Positions 1 through 6,823 of a DNA stretch of 24,254 bases are shown piece by piece. Under the pieces are notes generated by a model that saw only the letters and a list, made by a program, of their open reading frames with translations, did not search any database and was not told the DNA's origin. The first letter of the stretch is position 1, and the number at the start of each line of letters is the position of its first letter. A program made the translations under genes and the position numbers. Source of the stretch: an uncultured archaeon (GTDB taxonomy: Archaea > Asgardarchaeota > Lokiarchaeia > Sigyniarchaeales > SOKP01); assembly GCA_964447495.1 (NCBI GenBank), contig CAYUTF010000027.1, forward strand, positions 1-24,254. The letters are read 5' to 3'.

Positions 1-96
1 TCTTATTTTCGTAAACTTTTTTAATTTTATGACTTAGAGATCATTATATAAGTAATAATTTTTAAACTTAAAAAAATAAAACAAAGTGAAGTCGAA

Positions 97-1701
97 ATGT
101 CACAATTATCTGGTGTTCCCATACTTATATTGAAAGAAGGAACTGAAAGAAAAACTGGAAAAGATGCTCAAAAAAATAATATTGCTGCTGCTAAAGCTGT
201 AGCTGAAGCCGTAAGAACTACTTTGGGTCCAAAAGGCATGGATAAAATGCTTGTTGATTCACTAGGAGACGTTACCATTACAAACGACGGAGCAACAATT
301 TTAGATAATATTGATGTTGAACATCCCGCCGCTAAAATGATAGTAGAAGTCGCCAAAACACAAGATGACAAAGTGGGAGACGGCACAACTACCAGTGTAG
401 TTATTGCAGGTGAATTGCTAAATTTTGCCCAGGAATTAATGGAACAATCCGTCCATCCTACAATAATTTTTAGAGGTTATCGTAAAGCACTTCTTAAAAG
501 TAAGGAGATTTTAAAAGAATTAGCCACCCCAATTGATATTAATAACAAGGAGATCTTAAAAAAAGTTGCAGAAACTTCGATGAATAGTAAATTAATGGGA
601 GGAGTGAAAAGTCACTTCGCACAAATTGCTGTTGATGCTGTGAGCCTAATACGAGAAAAGCGTGGAGATAACATAATTATCGATTTGGATCAAATTCAAA
701 TCATAAAAAAAGAGGGGAAAAGTCTTCTTGATTCAAGAATTATCGATGGAATTATTGTAGACAAAGAGGTGGTCCATCCAATGATGCCGAAATCTTTAAG
801 GGATGCTAAAATAGCCTTAATAAACTCCTCTTTAGAAATTGAGAAAACCGAATTTGACGCAGAAATTAGAGTGCAAACTCCTGACCAAATCAATCAATTT
901 CTTGAAGAAGAAGCCAATATGCTTAGAAAAAAGGTAAATAAGATTAAAAATGTTGGCGCAAATGTGGTTTTTTGTCAAAAAGGGGTTGATGATAAAGCAC
1001 AAAATTTTCTTGCTCAAGAAAACATTATTACAATAAGAAGAGTGAAAAAATCTGATATGGAGAAATTAGCTCGGGCAACACACGCAAAAGTAATTAATAA
1101 TTTGTTTGAAATCTCTGCCGATGATCTTGGAAAGGCTGGTAAAGTAGAGGAAAGGAAAATTGGTAATGATAACATGATATTTGTATCCGATTGCGTTGAT
1201 CCAAAAGCAGTAAGTATCTTAATTAGAGCTGGAATAGAGCATGTTGTTGATGAAGCGGAAAGAATGATTAATGACGCATTACATGTAGTCAAAGCTGCAA
1301 TAGAAAACCCATTTGTTTTGCCTGGAGGAGGTGCCTCAGAAATAGAATTAGCTAAACGATTAAGAACGTTTGCTAGTTCAATTGGTGGAAGAGAACAGTT
1401 AGCTATTGAAATTTATGCTAATGCGTTAGAAAGCATTCCAAAAACCCTCGTTGAAAATGCAGGGTATAATCCCGTAGATTTATTAGTAGAATTACGTTCC
1501 AGACACGAAAGTGAAAATGGAAGCCACTTTGGCATAAATATCGAAACTGGAAAGCCTGATAATATGATGGAATTAGGTGTTATTGAACCTCTTTTAGTAT
1601 TATCTCAAGCTATTCAATCAGCTACGGAAGTTTCTTCCATGATTTTAAAAATAGATGATGTCATAGCTGCTTCTGGTCTTTCAAAAAAAGGCGAAGATTA
1701 A
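97..1701 (+). CDS. ths: Thermosome (group II chaperonin, CCT/TCP-1 family) subunit
   Basis: 534 aa with [26 protein letters not shown] and PGGGASE motifs of group II chaperonins; GTGA SD-like element just upstream. Confidence 0.97.
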   Translation: MSQLSGVPILILKEGTERKTGKDAQKNNIAAAKAVAEAVRTTLGPKGMDKMLVDSLGDVTITNDGATILDNIDVEHPAAKMIVEVAKTQDDKVGDGTTTSVVIAGELLNFAQELMEQSVHPTIIFRGYRKALLKSKEILKELATPIDINNKEILKKVAETSMNSKLMGGVKSHFAQIAVDAVSLIREKRGDNIIIDLDQIQIIKKEGKSLLDSRIIDGIIVDKEVVHPMMPKSLRDAKIALINSSLEIEKTEFDAEIRVQTPDQINQFLEEEANMLRKKVNKIKNVGANVVFCQKGVDDKAQNFLAQENIITIRRVKKSDMEKLARATHAKVINNLFEISADDLGKAGKVEERKIGNDNMIFVSDCVDPKAVSILIRAGIEHVVDEAERMINDALHVVKAAIENPFVLPGGGASEIELAKRLRTFASSIGGREQLAIEIYANALESIPKTLVENAGYNPVDLLVELRSRHESENGSHFGINIETGKPDNMMELGVIEPLLVLSQAIQSATEVSSMILKIDDVIAASGLSKKGED

Positions 1702-1709
1702 AATAAACC

Positions 1710-1730
1710 TTATTTATTTTTTTTATTTTT
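1710..1730 (+). terminator. Oligo-T tract, possible archaeal terminator of the thermosome gene
   Basis: T8 at 1717-1724 and T5 at 1726-1730 right after the stop; weak evidence in an AT-rich genome. Confidence 0.35.
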
Positions 1731-1763
1731 CTTATATCTTTTATCTAATTAATTTATTGTAGA

Positions 1764-2225
1764 TCAAAAGCCATTTATTTTCTTAAATTGTAAGCCCCAT
1801 GTAAATTTAGAAAGTATTAAATCAGCATCTTCCCTAAATTCTGTCAAATATAATGCCGCAGCTAAAGCTTCGACAGAACTTAATTTTTCCCATTTTCCAT
1901 AGTTAATTGGATTTGCAGCAATTAACGGAGGGAGTTTTCTAGAACTAAGCACGGGTATACTTTTTAGATTTAAAATTTTTTTCCAAGAACAATCTATTAC
2001 TACTAAACCATACTTAATGATAATTTCTTTATCTCTTACAGATAATTCACAATTAGAAAATGGATTTAAAATAATCGCTTTTTTTAACGATCCATCAATT
2101 TTTTTTACTATTCTTAGTAAATTATACTTCTTTAATCTTAAAGCAGTACATTTTTTTGGATCACATTCATTAAAATGTAGACAATGCAGTCTAGGTTTAA
2201 AAAAATTATTATTTAATTTACTCAT
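1764..2225 (-). CDS. tsr3: SSU rRNA aminocarboxypropyltransferase Tsr3 (DUF367)
   Basis: CDPKKCT, IDCSW, LPPLIAANPINYG, LSSVEALAAAL and FTWG motifs; C-terminus looks somewhat short. Confidence 0.93.
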   Translation of the reverse strand: MSKLNNNFFKPRLHCLHFNECDPKKCTALRLKKYNLLRIVKKIDGSLKKAIILNPFSNCELSVRDKEIIIKYGLVVIDCSWKKILNLKSIPVLSSRKLPPLIAANPINYGKWEKLSSVEALAAALYLTEFREDADLILSKFTWGLQFKKINGF

Positions 2226-2246
2226 GACTAATTTTAGAGTGACCTT

Positions 2247-3248
2247 TTAATCATATTTAAAACTTGTTAAGACATTTACAGATTTGATGAACTTTTCTGT
2301 TGTCTCTTCTGAACCAATTATATTTAAAATAGAATAGATAATATTTCTAGATTCACAAATTATGGGGATGCCTCCGTAAGTTAAAGCAAACAATCCAACA
2401 AATGAAACTTCTTGATAATTTGATGTATCTTCAGATTTTGAAAATTTAAGTATACCTGAAGGGCATGTTATTAAACCATAAAAATTCTCAGGATCTTTAC
2501 CTGAAATGGCAATATAACTTAAAAATTTACCGATTGAGCTTCCCTCCGATTCCTCTTTCATTTTTTGAAACGCTACATTAGCATTTGCTGAGAATGCCTC
2601 AACTGAAATCGGGAGGTCTTGTCCTGATACTTCTCTTGCATCTAATGTCAACCCATTAGGACTTACTAAACAATATCGAATAAAAATTGGATTCTGGAGA
2701 GAATCCAAAACAAAACTCAATGCAGGTAGTAAGTTGATAGAATCAAATTTTTCAGGTGAGTAAGATATAAATGGTACTTCAGATCCCATTCCAAATAAAT
2801 AAATTGCACTTCTTACTTTATTAGAAAATTCTTCTAGACTGGTTTCAGTTTCAGCTGCGGTGCCAAAGAATTCTCCTAACTTTTGTTTTATATAATACAT
2901 GGAACTTGCTAAACTATCTGCATCTAAGGGCCATTCTTTATAATAATCATGTGCGATTGTCAAAAGAGTTTCATTAATTCTGATAGTTATTAAACAAACT
3001 TTCTCAAAGAATGTAAAAGAAATAACTTGTTCTTTTATATCTAAATCTTCCCAATTTTCTTCACTAGCTGAAAACGCAGCAGAAGCAAGACTAGTAATTT
3101 GATTGGGATTTATATCAATATCACTTTTCCTACCAATTTTTGCTATTGAGAGCCCATTAAGGTCACAAAGTATCACCAGAATTGTGCTATTAGAGGCTCT
3201 TAAAATAGAAGTTAGATGTTTAATTAAAGATTCTCTTACACTCATCAA
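2247..3248 (-). CDS. Tandem Roadblock/LC7 (MglB/LAMTOR-like) domain protein
   Basis: Domain 1: LVILCDLNGLSIA...ITSLASAAFSASEENWEDLDI; domain 2: YCLVSPNGLTLDA...EAFSANANVAFQKM. Both fit the Roadblock helix-strand pattern. Start TTG 3248 or ATG 3245. Confidence 0.7.
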   Translation of the reverse strand: MMSVRESLIKHLTSILRASNSTILVILCDLNGLSIAKIGRKSDIDINPNQITSLASAAFSASEENWEDLDIKEQVISFTFFEKVCLITIRINETLLTIAHDYYKEWPLDADSLASSMYYIKQKLGEFFGTAAETETSLEEFSNKVRSAIYLFGMGSEVPFISYSPEKFDSINLLPALSFVLDSLQNPIFIRYCLVSPNGLTLDAREVSGQDLPISVEAFSANANVAFQKMKEESEGSSIGKFLSYIAISGKDPENFYGLITCPSGILKFSKSEDTSNYQEVSFVGLFALTYGGIPIICESRNIIYSILNIIGSEETTEKFIKSVNVLTSFKYD

Positions 3249-3438
3249 ACTAGACCTATTTTTATGATTTATCCTAAATAAATATCTTGTTTTAATAACA
3301 CTAATATTTATTCATAAATATATCTATTTTTTAATATTAACTATACACCATTCTTTACTAAATCTATTGAAAATCATGATAAATTTATTTATTTTTAAGC
3401 CTTTTAATTAATAAATTAAAATATAATAATTCTATTAC

Positions 3439-3523
3439 GCGGGAATTGCCAAGTTTGGTCAAAGGCGATGGACTTAGAATCCATTCTCGTAGGAGTTCGG
3501 GAGTTCAAATCTCCCTTCCCGCA
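3439..3523 (+). tRNA. trnL: tRNA-Leu(TAG), intronless
   Basis: Acceptor GCGGGAA/TTCCCGC, anticodon arm ATGGA-CT TAG AA-TCCAT (TAG 3475-3477), long variable arm, T arm GGGAG TTCAAAT CTCCC, discriminator A; CCA not encoded. Confidence 0.97.
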
Positions 3524-3664
3524 TTAGACTCATATTAGATATGAATTGATAATTATTTGGAATGGTCCTCCCCTTCTAATACTATTTTAATAAAATTTAA
3601 AATCGACGATTAATTAAAAATTATATTTAGAACGGTTGATCGCCAAGTCTAAATATGAAAAATC

Positions 3665-3768
3665 GCTCCCGTAGTGTAGTCCGGCCAATCTTTCTTATTA
3701 GCTAAAGAAAGGGCTTAGCATGCTAGGCTTTCACCCTGGTGACCCGGGTTCGAATCCCGGCGGGAGCA
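3665..3768 (+). tRNA. trnE: tRNA-Glu(TTC) with a 29-nt D-loop intron (3689-3717, position 21/22)
   Basis: Acceptor GCTCCCG/CGGGAGC; anticodon arm CTAGG-CT TTC AC-CCTGG (TTC 3730-3732); T arm CCGGG TTCGAAT CCCGG. Splice motif: helix GGCC/GGCT, bulges AA|T and TA|G, inner stem CTTTCTT/AAGAAAG. Confidence 0.95.
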
Positions 3769-3833
3769 TTTTAATAATAAATTATCTTATTCTCATGAAA
3801 TAAGTTTATATCTTTAAGTAAAAAGAAGGATAG

Positions 3834-3984
3834 CGCCCCGGGCATGGAACTCGTCCCAACTGGTCATTAGCAGAAGGAATCTCGAACATGCGACCGCCCG
3901 GTTAACTTCCGGAGGTAAAATAAACCTTAGCCGGGTGCTTTAGGCACACCGAAACGGGGCTCTACCTAACTGAGCTACCGAGGC
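3834..3984 (-). tRNA. trnN: tRNA-Asn(GTT) with three introns: 3961-3940 (22 nt, 22/23), 3928-3907 (22 nt, 33/34), 3880-3848 (33 nt, 59/60)
   Basis: Spliced product is a 74-nt cloverleaf: GCCTCGG TA GCTC AGTTAGGTA GAGC A CCCGG CTGTTAA CCGGG CGGTC GCATG TTCGAGC CATGC CCGGGGC G. Each intron is bounded by a 4-bp helix with two 3-nt bulges. Confidence 0.93.
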
Positions 3985-4162
3985 GCGTGTATATATGGAG
4001 ACTTTTAAGGTTACATCTCGTATAATAAATAGTATTTATTTTCCTTTTTAGGTTTTTCGATAGATAGAATTATACTTCTTATTCAAAAATGAAATACATT
4101 CTATATTCTTTTTATTAAAGTTAGAAATATAAAGAAACAATAAAGTTTAGATTATATAAGAG

Positions 4163-4687
4163 TTAAAATTGAGCTGCGTAATATATTAACCATTTCGCCA
4201 TTGCCTGGAAAGATTCATTTACATTAATGTTTTCTTTAGAAGAACATAAAACACACTGGTTACATTTAGCTTTTATTGCATAATCATGGGCAATTTCTAA
4301 ATCTACCTCATGATTAGGAAGATCCCATTTCATACCCATTAAAATTATAGGAATAAATCCTGCCTTTTGACGTATTATTTTTAACCACTCAGGAATCTCC
4401 CGGAATGTATCATAATCGGTGATATCAAAACATATAAATGCTCCACTAGCACCTTTGCAATAATCGGGGAGTAATTCTCTAAAACGCTTTTCTCCCGCAA
4501 AATCCCATAGCTGCATTTTTACAGACTCTCCCGTATCTAATGTTTCCGATTTAGTGTGAAATCCTGCTCCTATTGTCATTTTATAACCTTCCTGAAATTT
4601 TCCCGTACAGTATCTTGTTATCATCGCAGTCTTTCCAACTCCCCCTGCACCAGCAACAATAACTTTAAAGATCCATGAACTCATCAT
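4163..4687 (-). CDS. Rab-like small GTPase (Ras superfamily)
   Basis: G1 GAGGVGKT, switch I YKMTIGAGF, G3 KMQLWDFAGE, YCKGA, ICFDIT, G4 GMKWD, G5 CSSK; no C-terminal prenylation cysteines. Confidence 0.93.
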   Translation of the reverse strand: MMSSWIFKVIVAGAGGVGKTAMITRYCTGKFQEGYKMTIGAGFHTKSETLDTGESVKMQLWDFAGEKRFRELLPDYCKGASGAFICFDITDYDTFREIPEWLKIIRQKAGFIPIILMGMKWDLPNHEVDLEIAHDYAIKAKCNQCVLCSSKENINVNESFQAMAKWLIYYAAQF

Positions 4688-4834
4688 TATTTATCAAATT
4701 ATTTCTATAATTTTTATTAATAATAAAAAAGAATTTATTTTTATAGTATTGTTTAAGCTAAAATCTGATCCAAATATAAAAATATAATATTGAAAGAATT
4801 AACTATATAAATATATAAATGATCTTAATAGAAA

Positions 4835-4853
4835 TAAAAAAGATTTTTATAAG
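4835..4853 (+). promoter_or_regulatory. Putative BRE + TATA promoter for the aIF1 gene
   Basis: Purine-rich AAAAAAGA followed by TTTATAAG (4846-4853) fits the archaeal BRE/TATA layout; other TATA-like words lie nearby, so the assignment is tentative. Confidence 0.4.
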
Positions 4854-4921
4854 ATTTTATTCTATTATTTTTATACTGAACTATATTAAGTTTTTAATAA
4901 TAAAGGTTGTGAAAAAAGAGT

Positions 4922-5254
4922 ATTAAAGACGACGATATTTGTCCCATATGTAGTTTTCCGAAAGAACTATGTATATGTGATAGTCTAAGCGCGGATGAGC
5001 AACAAATTATTATTTCTAACGATAGAAGGAAATGGGGGAGGGTTGTCACTGTTATTACTTTTGAAGGAAATATTGATGCGAATTTAAAGGATATTTTAAC
5101 AAAAGCTAAGAAAAAATGCGCTTCTGGGGGTACGGTACGAGGAAATGAAATTGAATTACAGGGAGATCATAAATTCAAACTTAAAAAGTTTCTAATAGAT
5201 CTTGGATTTCCTGAAGAAAATATTTCCATTCAAGAAAGAATGAAGCAATCTTAA
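4922..5254 (+). CDS. sui1: Translation initiation factor aIF1 (SUI1/eIF1 family), apparent ATT start; absent from the ORF track
   Basis: Manual translation: (I/M)KDDDICPICSFPKELCICDSLSADEQQIIISNDRRKWGRVVTVITFEGNIDANLKDILTKAKKKCASGGTVRGNEIELQGDHKFKLKKFLIDLGFPEENISIQERMKQS*. It has the archaeal SUI1 Cys-rich N-terminus, KKKCASGGTV and IELQGDH. In-frame TGA at 4910-4912; the only in-frame ATG is at 5240. Identity is secure, start position is inferred. Confidence 0.92.
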   Translation: MKDDDICPICSFPKELCICDSLSADEQQIIISNDRRKWGRVVTVITFEGNIDANLKDILTKAKKKCASGGTVRGNEIELQGDHKFKLKKFLIDLGFPEENISIQERMKQS

Positions 5255-5336
5255 GTAAATTATACATTTTAATGATAAAAAACCCTTACTCTCATAAAAA
5301 TATATTAATACGTGAACATATATTTAACTAATTATA

Positions 5337-5789
5337 ATGAGCGAAATTGTTTTTAAGGTTATACTAAGGGGAAATGAACGAGATGAGAGTTACCAATACG
5401 GTTCGATGATCTTGTCATTTAAAAACATTTTAAACGATAATCTTATCAAAATTCCTTCTCACTATTTATCATCAATTAAAACTATGAGTGAAAAATTTGA
5501 TCATATAATAAGTTTTCAAAATCTTGAGGAAGTAATTACTATTGGAGATTTTTCAAAGGAATATACCATTAATTATTATATCGTTATTTTATATTCAATG
5601 AAATCTGAAGAGAAAAAAAAAGGTTACTTGATAGCAAATATTAAGAAGATTGGAGATGTTTTAATTGGAATTTGGCCATTTACTGAAGAAATAGGTACAA
5701 TTAATCAAGAGAATATTCATGAAAAATTCAATGATTTTATAAAAAATAATGAAAAATATAGAAATTTAGTAATAATTAATCCCAATTAA
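5337..5789 (+). CDS. Hypothetical protein
   Basis: 150-aa ATG ORF filling the space between aIF1 and the PfkB gene; no motif recognised. Confidence 0.7.
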   Translation: MSEIVFKVILRGNERDESYQYGSMILSFKNILNDNLIKIPSHYLSSIKTMSEKFDHIISFQNLEEVITIGDFSKEYTINYYIVILYSMKSEEKKKGYLIANIKKIGDVLIGIWPFTEEIGTINQENIHEKFNDFIKNNEKYRNLVIINPN

Positions 5790-6711
5790 TATCCTTATCT
5801 TTTAAAAACTGGAGTAATTCTAACTGAGTTGGCATTCCAGTACGTGCTCCGAGTTTTTTAATTTTTAATGCTGCTGCTGCATTAGCATATTTACAAGCTC
5901 TTTCTAAATCCCAACCTTTAATCCAATAACCATAAGAAAATGCTCCATTAAAACAATCTCCTGCTCCGGTAGTATCTATAACTTTTTCAATATTATAAGC
6001 GGGTATTTTTTTCTGGAACTTTTTGGTTGTTATTAAGACTCCTTCTTTCCCTAAAGTGATAATTACAATTGGAATTCCTTTTTTAACTAATATTCCTGCT
6101 GCTTTTTCCGGAGAATTATTTTTTGTTATAATTTTAGCTCCATTCTTATTTGGAATTAATACATCCGTGTTTAGGAGTATCCTTTTAAGACATTGCCAAC
6201 CTCTTTGGGCAATTTGCGATTCTAAATCAATACTTATGTTTACATCATATTTTTTTGCGATTTCTATTGCTCTCTCTGTTACTTTTTGGTGTATTATTGT
6301 TGTATGCAGAAGTTTAGCACTCCCAATATATGATTCATCTAAATCAGATGCATCTATCTTTGTCGTTTGCATATGAGGTGATTGAACAATAGATTTCTCA
6401 CCTTGAACAATGATTATAAAATTAACTGGAGTTTTTTTTCCCGCTTTCTTAATTGTTAAGAATGTGTCTATGTTTTCTCTCTTAAAATCATCAAGCAAAA
6501 AATCTCCATAAAAATCATCACCGACGGCTCCTATAAATCCACATAACCCTTTTAATCTTGAGATTGCTACCAAATAATTAGCAGTAACACCGCCTGGAAA
6601 ATAATTTTCACTTAATGCATCTACCTTATCATCTGGTTTTGGAAAGTATGGGACTTCTGTAACCCAATCAATTACAACTTCTCCCAGCCCAATAATATCT
6701 ACTTTCTTCAT
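5776..6711 (-). CDS. PfkB/ribokinase-family carbohydrate kinase
   Basis: GLGEVVID, PGGVTAN, GAVGDDFYG, ITLGKEG and DTTGAGDCFNGAF PfkB signatures. Confidence 0.93.
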   Translation of the reverse strand: MKKVDIIGLGEVVIDWVTEVPYFPKPDDKVDALSENYFPGGVTANYLVAISRLKGLCGFIGAVGDDFYGDFLLDDFKRENIDTFLTIKKAGKKTPVNFIIIVQGEKSIVQSPHMQTTKIDASDLDESYIGSAKLLHTTIIHQKVTERAIEIAKKYDVNISIDLESQIAQRGWQCLKRILLNTDVLIPNKNGAKIITKNNSPEKAAGILVKKGIPIVIITLGKEGVLITTKKFQKKIPAYNIEKVIDTTGAGDCFNGAFSYGYWIKGWDLERACKYANAAAALKIKKLGARTGMPTQLELLQFLKDKDINWD

Positions 6712-6823
6712 TACAATTTTTCTAAATTAGATTGTATATTCATTAATTACTATATTTCTTTCTGAAAATATATTATTTCTGGATAAGGATTAATAAAAGA
6801 GTATTTTGATACAAAATATCTTT

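Noticed and set aside
168-1292. Minus-strand ORFs 168-386, 696-893, 832-1017 and 1014-1292
   Set aside because: Antisense shadows of the thermosome gene with no motifs
3848-3880. C/D-box guide or nested intron inside tRNA-Asn intron 3 (contains AATGA)
   Set aside because: Only 33 nt, no CTGA D box, and no second 4-bp helix with two bulges
3926-3928. Reading the minus-strand tRNA as Leu(AAG)
   Set aside because: Short variable loop, discriminator G and the splice-motif geometry all give GTT (Asn)
4907-4912. Selenocysteine readthrough of TTG-TGA to start aIF1
   Set aside because: The TGA would be codon 2 at a position with no conserved Cys, and I see no SECIS-like hairpin in the short 3' region
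4913-5254. aIF1 as a pseudogene
   Set aside because: The frame is intact with all family motifs and a plausible promoter and SD; only the start codon is atypical
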